A program made the translations under genes and the position numbers. The notes under the pieces were generated by a model. That model was not told the DNA's origin. It did not search any database and saw nothing but the letters and a program-made list of their open reading frames with translations. This document shows, piece by piece, positions 11,614 to 25,552 of a DNA stretch of 64,000 bases. Every line of letters begins with the position of its first letter. Within the stretch, counting starts at the first letter, position 1. Source of the DNA: Azolla caroliniana (Eukaryota; Plantae; Polypodiophyta); contig JBHGNT010000020.1 in the NCBI GenBank assembly GCA_043228905.1, forward strand, positions 14,508,001-14,572,000, in the 5' to 3' direction.

Positions 11614-12067
11614 CTAGCAACCTTTTAAATAAGATCATTGAATGTTGTGCTTATTTTACAATAATTCCACTAAGACTCAGAATGGTGGGGTAATGGCATA
11701 ATGGGGCATAGACTAGAGGTCATGTTCGCTCATGACCACTAGACTCACCAAATTGAGTGACCCCTTCTAACTATACCAAAACAATGATGATTAAGAAAGG
11801 GTTTAAACTCCTTTACCTACCTTGATAAATTAACTAGGTGAACATAATAACCTTGATGGACATTGATGCAATGATTATAATTCTTTTCTTCAAAATGTGG
11901 GTTACCATTCAACATTGCAATGATACTCTAGGAGAATTTGAAGGTACAACACCCAATTCTCTATGTTCATTTTTGTTTCAAATGAAACGATGCAGGAAAA
12001 ACCTTTGTCCATGCAAGAATAATGCCTCCAAGAGGATTATATGAATCTTATATCTCAAGAAAAGGTT

Positions 12068-14500
12068 TTTGCGTAGATGGTCAATTTGGATATCATTTGT
12101 GGGATCCCGAAACGCGCACTACATAAGTAGTGATGTCGTTTTCAATTAAAAGATTATGCATAAGTGGCCAATTAAGGAAGTGGAAGTGAGGAAAGTGGCG
12201 TTTCAAGATGTTACACACTCTATTAGTGTGCAAAAGAATAATTCCACACCTATGCCGAACAGTCCTACAAATGTTCACCCATATGAAGATGTTCAAAATG
12301 AGGATGCATGTGTACAACCAGAAGACAGTTCGACTCCGGTTCAGCAACCAGTGAGACGATCTACTCGTGTCTCTAGGCCACCTGCTAAGCTCACAAACTA
12401 TGTGATGTTAACGGGTGCAAGTGAACCCTCTTGTTACAAAGAAACTATGCTGGCTAATGATCATGTTATGTGGGAGCATGCCATGCAAAGTGAATTGGAC
12501 AATATTTATAAGAATGGTACTTGGGATTTAGTACCTTTGCCAAAGGACAGGAAAGCATTACCATGCAAATGGGTATACAAGTACAAGTATGCGTATGATA
12601 GTGTTTCCCCAAAGTATAAAGCACACTTGATAGCCAAAGGTTTCAAGCAAAAACATGGAGTTGATTTTGATGAAACCTTCTCTCCTATAGTTAAGATGAC
12701 TACATTACGTACGTTGCTTTCATTGGCTGCAAATCAGGATTTGGAATTAGTCCAAATGGATGTGAAGATTGCCTTTCTACATGGGGACCTTGAACAACCA
12801 GAAGGTCATGAAGTCTCGGGAAAAGAACATTTGGTATGTAAACTCAAGAAGAGTTTGTATGGGCTTAAGTAGTCCCCCTGATTGTGGTACCAAAAGTTTG
12901 ATGCTTTTATGAAAACTCAAAGATATACCAGAAGCAATGAGGATGCATGTCTTTATACGTAAACCTGTTCAGATGGGAGTTCTATCACGTTGATACTATA
13001 TGTTGATGACATGGTTATTGCTGGTAAAAACAAGGATGAGTTATCCTTGTTAAAGAAAAACTTGAGCCAGACTTTTGACATGAAGGATTTGGGAGATGCA
13101 AAACATATTCTTGGTATGTGTATTACTCGAGATAGGAGTAAGCGATGCATTTACTTGTCTCAAGCTGAGTACATATCCAAAGTACTCAAGAGGTTTAATA
13201 TGGAGAAGGGTGAAAGCATGGGAATGGGAACAATTAGCTATGTCCTTGACATAGCTAATTAGCTATCTAATTAGCTACATGTAATCTGTATATTTTGGCA
13301 ATTTTAGGGATGATTAGAATTTGATCTCAAATAAAGACTAGCTAAACGGTGGACCATAAATGGTAATATTTCCATCCCCATCATAAATGATACATATCTT
13401 TAAGATCTTCCTACTAAATATTAGCTATAAAAAAAACTATTTAGCTGTGGTCAATTTACCAGCTAAATAGCTATAATAGTGTTTCCATTCGCATGCTTTC
13501 ACCCAGAATGCAAAGTCGTTGAGCACTCCATTGCCTACATATGTAAAGCTGAGCACACGTGATAGCCCCACATCTAATGAGGACAAGGAATTTATGACCA
13601 AGGTTCCTTATCAATCCGCAGTTGGGAGTCTCATGTACGCCATGGTGGCTACTAGACCAGACATTGCATTTGCAATGGGAGCGGTAAGTCGATTCATGTC
13701 AAATCGTGGTAAGAAACATTGGGATGCAGTCAAGTTGATATTGAGATATCTAAGTGGCACTAAGGGGGATGCCTCTATCATTGGATACACAAATTCAAAT
13801 TATGTCGTATGCGTTGATAGTAGGAAATCTACTTTAGGGTACATATTTCAGCTTATGGGAGGTGTCATTGCTTGGAGATCTTGTCTCCAAGAATGTGTCA
13901 CATTGTCCACTACAGAGGCTGAGTATATTGCCGCCAGTGAGGCATGTTAGGAAGCAATTTGGTTGTCTCAATTAGCTAGTGCCATGGGTATACCGCAACA
14001 TGTACACAAATTGTTTTGTGATAGTCAGAGTGCCATTGCTTTGGCTAAGAACCCAGTATATCATGCAAAGACCAAGCACATTGGAGTGCGACACCATTTG
14101 ATTCGTGAATGCTTTGCTAATGGTTGCATTAGCCTTGAGAAGGTTGATGCATTGACCAAGGCCTTACCACAAGATGCGTTGGAGCATTGTTGTCAGTTGA
14201 TGGGAGTGACTTAGTGCCTTACGTTACACACTTGTCGTGTAGATTGTGTAACATGCCCTTCATGTGGGAGATATAGGTCTAGTAGGTCTCGTACAGCTCA
14301 AACCTTCCATTATTCGTACTCCTAGCTTAGGTCTTTTAGTGGGAGATTGTTATACATGTATCCCCCATACATGTTAATTGTGAAAAAGGCCAAAACTGGT
14401 CTTCCACTACTTAGTAGTGTGTGGGGAGAGAGCTTGGTATGTGTGAGCGAGTGAGTGAGAGAGATGAAGAAGGGACGACGGGCCAGAACTGCCGCCTTTC
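12068..14500 (+). mobile_element. 5'-truncated, decayed Ty1/copia (integrase tail, RT, RNase H, PPT, start of 3' LTR)
   Basis: Motifs WVYKYK, QMDVK.AFL, LYVDD, STTEAEY and KHI with stops. PPT AGTGGGAGAT, then TG at 14348. Right end is approximate. Confidence 0.88.
13208..13504. mobile_element. MITE with ~29-bp TIRs (GGG...CCC) and 4-bp TSD AGAA
   Basis: TIRs GGGTGAAAGCATGGGAATGGGAACA / TGTTTCCATTCGCATGCTTTCACCC. AGAA at 13204-13207 and 13505-13508. Removing the element restores the copia RT frame FNMENAKSLSTP. Confidence 0.92.
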
Positions 14501-14509
14501 TTCCTCCCT

Positions 14510-14844
14510 GTTGACAACAATTATGATTTCATTGAAATATGCTTTTGGTGTACCAGTGTTGTACTGAAACCCCTTATACAGGCCCAGAGCCTGGTCGTAA
14601 ATGTCCACATCTTTTGCGAACACATCCCCATTGACACTCGTTGTCCACAAGCATTGACACTCGTTGTAGTAAATCCATGAATAAATCAGAAGAGAGTTAC
14701 AAGTAAGTTGCATGAATTTAGGAATGAATACCCACAAGCTCCTTGAGCCAGAGTGCAGAGGCGGATGAGGTCGTAGCTGGTGCTGATTGCAATGACATTA
14801 ATCAGCAAAACAGCGACATTAATCCATCCTGAAAACACAGCCAT
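14510..14844 (-). pseudogene. RLK 5' fragment (signal-peptide exon plus part of the malectin-like domain)
   Basis: MAVFSGWINVAVLLINVIAIS... and the upstream ~450 bp match 43460-44030 in inverted orientation. It is followed by VNGDVFAKDVDIYDQALGLYKG. Confidence 0.8.
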
Positions 14845-16913
14845 TCCGATGGATTGTCGATGATTACACTAAGTACTGGATTATTCAAGCAAATCTTATA
14901 TAAACCGAAAGAAGAAGATAGAATCAATCAATCACGCCATGCATTGGCCTATATTTAATTATGCCACAAGTTGTTGGAAATAATCATGATCATGTGATTA
15001 AATATGGCTGCTGAAATCCTTAGAAAAGAGATGAACGGACAACAGATTCCATATTTAATGCTTCGGAAACTCATTTCTCTTTCAGATTTCTTTCACTATG
15101 CTGAGTTTTAAAGCCCACATTGCTAATTTTTTATTTATATTTCCTCTGTAACATCCAATTTCCCTGATAATCAGGAGCAAACAAACATGTATGTATGTCC
15201 CAATTCTAGAGACCAATGAAACGTCATTCTGATTGTCTGTAAATAAATAAATAAAGCCTTTCACAACGCCTCTTTGACTTTTAAGTGTCTCTCGGCACAT
15301 TAAATTCTCATTGAACACTTTGAAATATGGAACACAGAAATACAAAAAGGATAAATAAAAAGTAAGGGGTTATTGGTGCAATTTCAGCACCCCTTTTTAC
15401 TTAATAAGTCATCGTAGAGGGATACCGTAGTAGTGGCAAATTAATAAGAGAAGTGAGATAGAGAGGATAGAAGAAAGATAGAGAGATAAAGTGCCTAAAT
15501 GGATGTAGCTCACTTGGTAAGGTTCAAGAAGGTCTTGGATTCAACTACTATATTCTTACAGTGGCATTTAGTAAAGTAAAAAGAAGGTATTTGGATTCAA
15601 CCCCTACATTCCAGAGTAGCATCTAGTAAATTCAGAGATATGTATGGAGCAATAGAGAGGTGACAAAATTGGGTTTCGAACCGAAGATGTAGTGCTAGTA
15701 GTGCAATAACTAATCTCAATAAAAAGAATGAGATATAGAGTGAAAGAGGAAGGTCGAGAATCACAAGATCCTCTTTCCACCGATGTCACACACTACTCAC
15801 ATGCATGTCAAGAAAACCTTGGTACTTTCTCTTTTGTACAACAAAGTAGGTGTTGGTGGAAGGACAAGGACCTATGAGATCAAATCTGGTCTAATTCTAA
15901 TGTAATCTTAAGGAGACGTACGGATCAATGCCTACCTTTTCTCTTCCATGTGGTGATCACCTATTTTCACTTGTCAATATTGACTCCTCCTTTTTTAAGG
16001 CCAATTAGATGGCCGTTGGGACTACTAGTATGATGGCTACCCGTTGGGACTACCCATTGGAACCGGGTTGGGATAGACCATGGTGGCATCCCCTTTGGGA
16101 CTAGGACTAGGATTGGACCCCCTAGTGGGTCCCATTCATTTATGGGGTTATGTCCTAGTTGGGGGAGAATAAGAACACCAAAACATTTGTCATGGGGTGA
16201 ATGTTGTTAGATATAATCAATGATCAGCCCCAAGTTGTAAATCTATCCCCATATGTGCTCTTAGAGTGCACATTTTGTGATAGCGCCCCAAATGAGGAGC
16301 GACTAGTGTGCAACTCGACCATATGGATCGATAAGGTGTTAATCTAGGAAACCGTAGATGTGTAGGACACAATATATTTAGGAACGAGAGAAATAGGTAA
16401 TAGGATTGGCTAATCAAGTCAACTAGAATATTTTGTGGGTAAGTTACGATGTACTTAGTCTTGAAGTATGCGGCATTGACTTCAAGATAAGTATTATCTA
16501 GCACTAGCTTGTACCTAGGGAGTTGGTCATATTAAATGACAAGTCAGTTGACAGAAAAGGAATATCTCCACTACTATAAACTGACTTGCACATTTAATGT
16601 TATACTTAGACCAAACATAGAAAGCAATCCACTTTCTTTTCACAGTTGTTGGCTTGATTATCAGTCCCCACTAATTTTGTAGTGAGATGGTCCATATCCT
16701 ATCTAAGCTCTAAGGTGTGTGTGCATGGGAAAACTACCATTGTGAGCTACTCTCATATGTAATAGAAGTTTTGTTTTCATATATCCCATCTCTGTAGTTG
16801 TAACTCTATATACCTATCTAATCGATTCTCAATATTTCTAACATGGTATCAGAGCTGAGAGGTTGATCTAGATTAGGTATATACGGGCAATTGTTGTCTG
16901 GCAGCACAAAGAA

Positions 16914-16958
<45 letters not shown>

Positions 16959-16960
16959 CA

Positions 16961-19900
16961 ATGGCCTTGTCCACGAATGTTGCAGCTACTCCACTACGCA
17001 TTCGCCCACCTCCATTGTTTGATGGAAAGCTAGATGGAACCAACTACACTCTATGGAAGTTCAAAATGTCTGCCATTTTGGACTCCTACGAGTTGTTGGA
17101 GACAATCATGGGACCCACATGAGGAGACCCTGAGCCCATGACGACCTTTGACCCTGCACACCCTACCAAAAAATCCCTCCAAATGTTGATCTACTTCGAG
17201 CTTGGAAGAGAAGGAATGTTGATGCACTGTGTACCATAGTCGTTGGTGTATGTGACTCTGTACCAACATTAGTGCAACATACAACCAAGGCACATGAATC
17301 TTGGAGCATATTGGCCAGCCAGTATGAGACCAGAAACTATACAAGGATACAAAACCTTGAAAATCAGCTTGGTACAGAGAAGCTCGCCGATGGAGAGAAA
17401 GTAGAATCCTTTGTAAAAAGGATTAAGGATCTTCAAGATCAACTGGTGGCTGTTGGAGTAGTCGTCTCTCAAGAGGATATGGCTCGTCGGTGCATTCAAG
17501 TACTTCCTTTCAAGTATGATGGCATTGTGACACCATTGAACACTCAAGTTCGACCCACTCCTTAAAAATTTGATGAACTAAGTGTGATGCTACTTGAAGA
17601 GGAGCTTCGGCTAAAGACAAGAGAAGGAATGGAAGACTCGGCATTTGTCTCTAGGACTAAGGGTAAAGGGGCATCCAATTCAAACAATGTGAATAGGATA
17701 CCAAAGAAGAAGTTCAATGGATCGTGTTTCTATTGTGACAAGAAGGGTCACACAATCAAGGATTGTTGGAAGAAGATGGCGGACAAGAAGAATGGTTCTA
17801 GTAAGACCTCTTTGAGAGAGCCCGAGTCCGCCAACAACATCGTAGATGAGCTTGAGTTATGGGTCGCAACTGAAGAAGTGTATTCTTTAGTTGACACCCA
17901 AGTCGTCGGCGGCTCTTGGATTCTCGATAGTGGAGCATCCCAACATATGACCAGTAATCGTGACTGGTATAGCTCTTGGACACCTCTACAAGAGCCCATC
18001 AATGTTGTGGTCAGGAACAATGCTCGATGTCTAGCCAAAGGAACCAGAACCGTCTCCCTCAAAGCAACGACCGACGGGACAAAGCATCTCTCTCAAGTGT
18101 TGTACGTGCCAGATCTCAAGAAGAATCTATTTTCTATTTCTGCACTAACCGACAAGGGTCTTGATGTTCGATTCAAGAAGTCGGGTGCAGAAATAACGGA
18201 TTCTGCTAGCAAGGTTGTAGGAATAGGAGTAAGGCGCAACAATCTCTATGAGCTTAGTGCACTTACCATTTCTGCTGACCACAACACAAGTACTAACACA
18301 AAGCAATGGCATGAGAGATTTGGGCATCTCAATGTTGCTATGTTGAAGGAGATGAAGAAGTCGAATATGGTAGTTGGGTTGCCAACCCTATCTTACTTAA
18401 GTCATGTTTGTAATGCTTGTATGATGCGCAAGCATCAAAGATCAGCTATTCCAAAAGAGAGTCAAAATCAGACAAAGACTCTTCTACAACTAATACACAT
18501 CGACCTCTCTGGAAAAATGGTGACTCCTGCAATGGGTGGATCTCTCTACTATATGTTGCTAGTTGATGACTTCAGTAGAAAGATGTGGGTTTACTTCCTT
18601 CGGGAGAAGGCTGAAGCTTTTAAAATCTTCAAAAGATGGCATAAGTTTGTTGAGTGAGAGTCCGGAAAGTTAGTGAAGGAGTTACACTCTGATCAAGGTG
18701 GAGAATTCTTATCAATAGAATTCTGTGAGTATTGCAAAGAGCATGGAATTAAGCGCCAACTTACAACTGCTTACACCCCACAACAAAATGGTGTTGTTGA
18801 ACGTTGAAACCGAACAGTTGTCGAGATAGCTAGGTGTATGTTGAAGGCACAAGGGCTGCCTGACCCATTCTGGGCTGAAGCAGTGAATATAGCAGTTTAC
18901 ATCCTCAATCGGAGCTACACGAAGGCACTTCAAGGGACAACACCCCACGAAGCTTATTCAGGCAAGAAACCTTCAGTGTTGCACTTTAGAACCTTTGGGT
19001 GTACGTGCTACGCACATGTTCCAGATGTGAGCAGAAAGAAGTTGGATGCTAAAAGTAAGAAGTGTATCTTTCTCGGATATAGTGAAGAGTCAAAGGCCTA
19101 TCACTCTACGATCCAGAGGATGGAAAGATATTGACAAGTCGCGACGTGGTGTTTGATGAAGAACAACCACAGCTAGCTCAGAATAGCGATTCTCAAGTTA
19201 TCTCATCAACTAAAGAGGTATTTTACCCAATCCCGACGCATTGTCCAGAAAAGGAAACTAAATCATCTTATGGTAATGGCTCACTAGTTCAGCCTATGCC
19301 AATCCCACATGTAAAGAAAATACCTAAGTGGGCTCAACAACTCTTCAATGACCGTACTCCTAAAGTTGAGTTTCCTGAAACTTCAACTGATGGATTACGA
19401 AGATCAAGAAGAATACAGGAGCAAGGGAGAACCTCTGACCACATTGTCAACATGGCTCTAATGGTGGACATCATCGGCTCAGTGAGTGAGCCGACCTCGG
19501 TGGAGGAAGCCATGGCCAAACCAAAGTGGAAAGAGGCGATGAAATCAGAATATGATAGCATCATGAAAAATGACACATGGAGTTGGTAGAGAGGCCAACA
19601 AAGAAGAAGGTGATAGGCACGAAGTGGGTGTGGAAAGTAAAGTATAAAGCTGATGGTTCTTTGGAGAAATTCAAGGCCAGGCTAGTAGCCCAAGGATACT
19701 TCCAAAGTGAAGGGTTCAATGTACAAAAAACATTTGCCCTGACAGCTCGCATAACAACAATTCGAATGGTCATAGCGTTGGCCACTTCAAGAGGATGGCC
19801 GAATTACCAAATGGATGTCAAATCGGCATTTCTGAATGGGCATCTCAAGGAGGAGGTATACGTGATACAACCACCGGGGTTTGAGATGCCGAATTCAGAA

Positions 19901-21045
19901 AACAAAGTATGCAAGCTGAAGAAGGCGTTGTATGGTCTAAAGCAAGCACCAAGAGCTTAGAACAAGAGGATAGACAGCTTCTTACGATCAATCGACTTTA
20001 AGCAATGTGCTTCGAATGCAAGTATGTATGTCAAAATGAAGGACGGGAAACAAGTCATCATCATCATTTACGTGGATGACCTAGTTCTTACTAGTGACCA
20101 TGAAAAGTGCATTGGCCAAACACAAGAGTGTTTGAAAACTGAGTTTGAAATGACAGACTTGGGGATTCTACACTACTTCCTTGGAATTGATGTTTGGCAA
20201 ACTTCAGTTGGCATCTTCATGTCACAAAGAAAGTATGCAACAGAGATCTTGAAGACCTTTGGGATGATGGACAGCAAGTCGAAGTCAACTCCAATGGAGT
20301 CAAACTACAAACTATCCCAAGAAGACCCATCACCAATGGTTGACATAAGGAAGTATAGACAACTAGTAGGAAGTCTAATTTTCCTATGCAACACTAGGCC
20401 GGATATTTGTTTTGCAATTAGTGTGGTGAGTCGATTCAGCAACAAGCCGAAGGAGACTCATTGGAAAGCTGCTCTTCATGTATGTACATTGTGGGTACTT
20501 TAAATTACGGAATCTTCTACAAGCCAACAATTGACGAACTTAGTGGGTATTGCGACTCCGATTGGGCTGGAGATAGTGATTCCAGAAAATCAGTTTCTGG
20601 ATATTGTTTTTCAATAGGTTCTGGAGTTGTTTCATGGAGTAGTAAAAAACAACCAACAGTGGCATTATCTTCAACGGAGGCAGAATACAAAGCAGCATGC
20701 ATAGCGGCATGCGAGGTAGTTTGGCTAAGAAGAATCCTTACGGATGTGGCATTTCCAATAAGGACGGGAACGGTATTAAGGTGTGACAATCAGAGTTGCA
20801 TGGCCATTGCCAAGAACCCTGTATTTCATGCACGTACTAAACACATAGAGATTCAATATCACTATGTGCGGGAGCTAATAAATGATGAGATTGTGGAGCT
20901 TGAGTATTGTCTGACATCAAAAAATGTTGTGGATATCTTCACAAAGGCACTTGGAGCAGAACAGTTACAACACTACCTTCGACGACTAGGAGTTGGCCCA
21001 ATTCCAAGTGAACTCAATGGGTTGATCATTGAGGGGGCGTGTTAG
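16961..21045 (+). pseudogene. Copia gag-pol polyprotein with stops and frameshifts
   Basis: Motifs CFYCDKKGHTIKDC, WILDSGASQHM, WHERFGH, LVDDFSR, IYVDD, DSDWAGD and STEAEY across broken ORFs. Confidence 0.92.
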
Positions 21046-21690
21046 ATATAATCAATGATCAGCCCCAAGTTGTAAATCTATCCCCATATGTGCTCTTAAA
21101 GTGCACATTTTGTGATAGCGCCCCAAATGAGGAGTGACTAGTGTGCAACTCGACCATATGGGTCGATAAGGTGTTAATCTAGGAAACCGTAGATGTGTAG
21201 GACACAATGTATTTAGGAACGAGAGAAATAGGTAATAGGATTGTATTATAGATCTAGGTACTAAAGTAAGCTTAACATAAGGATAAAGAAATGAAAGATA
21301 GAAAGGAGAAAGAGAAAGAAGGGTGCCGATCCACCCGACCACCCCCGAGCGAAGGGATTGAGACGGACTCGAGCCTCGATCGGCGTCCCATACCACCGCC
21401 GTGGCGTCGAGTCGTACCTGGTGCTGGCGCGCTTGCTACAAGAGTTGACCCACCACACGAGTAGAGTCTCGATGTAGTCAAAAGATGATCAAATGAGGGT
21501 AGTTAGGCCTCTTATTTATAGCGATACCCAAGGCCCCGAGGCAAGTTCACACTTGACCTAATGGGTTGTCTCAATCCCGAGGATTAAAAGTAATCCTCCC
21601 CTTCTTTACACTCTCGTTTAACCCTCACACTTATCCACGTGTATAGAATACTACGGTAAATTCTCAACACGGGATATTAATATTATATGG

Positions 21691-24057
21691 TCATGCCCGT
21701 AACATACTCCCCCTCTTTAAAACATTGCACTCTTGCAATGGAAAGTTAGGGAAATTAGTTCTGAGAGTATTTTCGCGTTCCCATGTGGCATCTTTTATTG
21801 ATTTATCCATCCATTTTATTTTAAATTCTCGGATTTCTTTAGTACGTAATTTTTTTGTTTTAACATTGAGAATTCTTTCTGGTACATGTGGTTTAGAAGA
21901 TAATTCTTCAGAAGTAACCAGAGTTTCAGTCGTAACTGTATTGTCGCCAGAACCTAGAAGTTCTTTTAGACGACTCACATGAAAGACTGGATGAATTCCG
22001 ACACCATCGGGAAGAGCGAGACGATAGGCTGATGACCCAATGCGTTTGAGGATTGTAAAAGGTCCACAAAACCGTGGGGCTAACTTAGCGCACTTACCCG
22101 TAGACAGTGTCTTAGAATTGTGAGGTACACGTAAAAATACCTTCTGTCCAGGGTTGAATACACGAGGTTGCCTATGATGATCGGCATAAAAACACGCTCT
22201 ATCTTGAGCTGTTTTTATATTATCTCGTGCAATATGCAACATATCTTGCATATCCCGAAGAAAGTTTTGCGTACTTCGCAACTCATCATGATGTATATTA
22301 ACATCAATCGGGGCTCGTGGCTGAAAACCATACATCAACATAAAAGGACTATATCCCGTCGACGTATGCTTGGAGCTGTTATAAGCAAACTCCAAAATTG
22401 GGAGATAACGTTCCCATTTTGTTGGTTTTGCACCAACATATGCTCGAAGCATGTCCTCAATAATTTGATTTACTCGTTCTGTCTGTCCATTGGATTGAGG
22501 ATGATCCGTGGAGCTCATGCTCAACGTAGTTTCTAACTTCTTAAAGACTTGTGTCCAGAAGTCACTAGTAAACTTTGGATCTCGATCACTCACGATATCC
22601 ATCGGTAACCCATAAAAACGAAACAATTCGTCAACGAATTGGTAAGCCAATTCAGGAGCTGTTACCGTGGTTTTAGTAGCAATAAATCTGGCCATTTTAG
22701 TTAGTCGATCAACGACAACCCAAATGGCATCATGACCTTTTTGGGTGCGAGGAAGGCTAACAATAAAATCCATGGATATACTTTCCCACTTATTATTGGG
22801 AATGTCCAAGGGATGTAGAAGTCCTGTGGCTTTAAGTCGCTCGGCTTTGTTAACCTGACACTGGTGACATTTAGTCACATAGCTATGTATGTCAGGACGC
22901 ATCTTAGGCCAATAAAATTGAGTGGAGATGAGAACGAGTGTACGATGTATTCCAGGGTGCCCTACTGAGGGTGCATCATGGCATTCAAAAAGAATCCTCT
23001 TTTTGACCTCGGGTAAATCTGGAACACAAACCTTCCCATTACGGTAGAGCAAACCGTTAGCAATGTGGAAGTATTCCTTCGAGGATGTGGTGGTGTCTGT
23101 TCCAGACTCAACTCTTGCCCAGTATTTTGCGAAATAACTGTCATCAGGATACTTTCCTCGAAGGTGATCATAAAGATCTGATGATATTGCAGTGAAGCTA
23201 AGCATGTTAACTTCACGGATGCGACTTAGTGCATCAGCGACAGTGTTCATGGAACCTTTACGATATCGTATGGAAAAATCAAAGTCCTGGATGAGATCAG
23301 CCCATCGTGCCTTACGACCTTTCAGGTCTTGTTGGTCACAAAAATATTTCAAGGACTCGTGGTCCGTAGTTACCACAAAGTGATTTCCATAAAGATAATG
23401 GCGCCATGTTTTGAGCGCATGTATAACTGCAAATAATTCCTTTTCTTGAACGGTATACCGACATTGAGCAAAATCAAGTTTCTTACTCTCGAATGCTATT
23501 GGTTTACCATCTTGATACAAGACAGCACCTATAGCATAATCGCTTGCATCGGTTTCAACCGCAAAAGGTTTTGAAGGATCAGGTAAAAGAAGTGAAGGAG
23601 CCTTGCAAACCAGGTCCTTGAGTTCCTTAAAGGCAAGGTCTAGTGTAGCATTCCACACAATAGGTTTTGTAGACTTACGCATTTGACCTTTTAAAAGATC
23701 AGTAAACGGCGTCGTCAATTGGGAGTAATTACGAAGAGACTTTCGCAAAAACCCCACAAAACCAAGGAATGATCGAACTTCTCGAATATTCCGAAGAGTG
23801 GGCCAAAGCTTGATTTTCTCAATGCGAGAAGGATCAATTTCAACTCCTCGTTCGGTTATGAGATGTCCTAGATAAGTAATTGATTTCTTGAAGAACTCAC
23901 ATTTTGAGATCTTCGCATAAAACTGTTTGTCACGCAATGTTTGTAAAACAAAGCGGACATGTCTAGCATGTTCTTGTAATGTACGGCTATAAACTAAAAT
24001 ATCATCCAAGAAAATAACGACAAATTTTCCAAGTTGTTCTCGGAAAATGTCATTCAT
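21691..24057 (-). CDS. pol: Truncated pol: RT C-half, RNase H, integrase, chromodomain
   Basis: 788-aa ORF with FLDD, ETDASD, HDAPSVGHPG...CHQC, SMDF, SDRD, GQTER, GPF and PERIL...FKIKW...ATWE motifs. Confidence 0.9.
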   Translation of the reverse strand: MNDIFREQLGKFVVIFLDDILVYSRTLQEHARHVRFVLQTLRDKQFYAKISKCEFFKKSITYLGHLITERGVEIDPSRIEKIKLWPTLRNIREVRSFLGFVGFLRKSLRNYSQLTTPFTDLLKGQMRKSTKPIVWNATLDLAFKELKDLVCKAPSLLLPDPSKPFAVETDASDYAIGAVLYQDGKPIAFESKKLDFAQCRYTVQEKELFAVIHALKTWRHYLYGNHFVVTTDHESLKYFCDQQDLKGRKARWADLIQDFDFSIRYRKGSMNTVADALSRIREVNMLSFTAISSDLYDHLRGKYPDDSYFAKYWARVESGTDTTTSSKEYFHIANGLLYRNGKVCVPDLPEVKKRILFECHDAPSVGHPGIHRTLVLISTQFYWPKMRPDIHSYVTKCHQCQVNKAERLKATGLLHPLDIPNNKWESISMDFIVSLPRTQKGHDAIWVVVDRLTKMARFIATKTTVTAPELAYQFVDELFRFYGLPMDIVSDRDPKFTSDFWTQVFKKLETTLSMSSTDHPQSNGQTERVNQIIEDMLRAYVGAKPTKWERYLPILEFAYNSSKHTSTGYSPFMLMYGFQPRAPIDVNIHHDELRSTQNFLRDMQDMLHIARDNIKTAQDRACFYADHHRQPRVFNPGQKVFLRVPHNSKTLSTGKCAKLAPRFCGPFTILKRIGSSAYRLALPDGVGIHPVFHVSRLKELLGSGDNTVTTETLVTSEELSSKPHVPERILNVKTKKLRTKEIREFKIKWMDKSIKDATWERENTLRTNFPNFPLQECNVLKRGSMLRA

Positions 24058-25552
24058 TTCTTGTTGAAAAGTAATCCTCCCCTTCTTTACACTCTCGTTT
24101 AACCCTCACACTTATCCACGTGTATAGAATACTACGGTAAATTCTCACCACGAGATATTAATATTATATGGTCATGCCCGTAGTCTCACGTTGTAGACTA
24201 ATGACACGTGCCTCAAGAGCACTCTGAGATTGCCGAAGTTCGGTCATCTGTTGAGCGGTGAAACTAAGGTATTGGGTTATTTGTGCCAAATACATCTCAG
24301 TGGACATTTGTCCAGGAGGATTCCCTTGAGTTCCTTCCGCTTGAGCGGATGACATCGGGTCGTTAATTTGAGCCATTAAAGATTATTTCTGGAAAAGAAA
24401 TAGGATAAGGTCAGAGATATAGTCATAACATCATGTCGTGATGTAAACATATCATGGGCGAGCATTAATCGATATCATTATCTCACGTCAATACCCCTCT
24501 AGACGTATGAGATGAGGTTCAAGATCAGGTTACTATGGTAACACAAAGGTGTTTTAAAAACCATGGGGGTGACAAATAAATGTCTTTCCCTGATCTCTAT
24601 ATCGATTTTTTTATGGTGGCTCCCCGAGGCTCAACCATGTATGTTCGCGTCATGAATAGTTTATACACGAAAAAAATGTTAACAATAAACTATGTTTCGG
24701 TGCCCACATAAGTGGTTTCGGCTCTTTAAGTCCTATTACGAGGACCCCGAGGTGCACTTAGACCTTAAGTCTAAACATGTGTTATAGTCATATGTATCAA
24801 GGATGTTGTATGGTCTTGGTCATATTTGAACTCGAGACCTTGAGAACAAATACATTAAACACTTGAGCCAACCAAGTAAGTTGCTCTTCTCGAATGCTTA
24901 ATGTTTGATGCGTATAAGAGATATGCGAGGCAATTGATCATATATGTTTTTTTAAAAGAACATATATGTCAAGGGTCCTTATTTCGCCCTCATTTACCAA
25001 AACTATGTTGGTACGTTACCTAACCTCAAGTCTCGTAATTACGATGGCATACGCCAAAGTGCAACCTAATGGTGAAGCCAAATGAGCCCTTGTTTCGTAG
25101 TAGGCTCACGTGGGCCATCACATGGTCACGTCATTACGAATGCCTCTCGTAAGAACGAGCTCATGGTGGCATCGTATCCATGTAACGAGGGAGGGATGTT
25201 GGATACGTGCGTCATTGGAGCGACCTCACTTGAAGTGGGTCAAGCCCTACGTACTCAACATCATTATGGCTATTGGCGTTTCTTTACGTAACGAAATCGA
25301 GGTCATCAACGGGGTTATCAACAATAAAAAATTGTTGAAAAAGGGATGGTGACAACACCATTCTCACAAAAATGTGAGGACGGCCACCAACATCCTTTTC
25401 CCGACAAGGACAACTTTCGATATAATCACGTAATAACGAATATACACATATGTTTACTTATCACATATATACGATCAAATACGTATATATGTGACCACAT
25501 ATGCCTATATTAAACATATCGTTATATTAAATAGCCACAAATGATGTGATCG

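Larger units (their letters stand above)
3530..12067. repeat. Segmental duplicate of ~30785-33217, interrupted by the gypsy insertion at 5939-11613
   Basis: 3530-5938 plus 11614-12067 is colinear and highly similar to ~30785-33217. The latter copy has an empty site at ~32760. Confidence 0.9.

Noticed and set aside
15500-15606. Possible tRNA-derived SINE heads (TAGCTCACTTGGTA...GGATTCAAC)
   Set aside because: Box spacing is short and no tail or TSD is visible; too weak to call.
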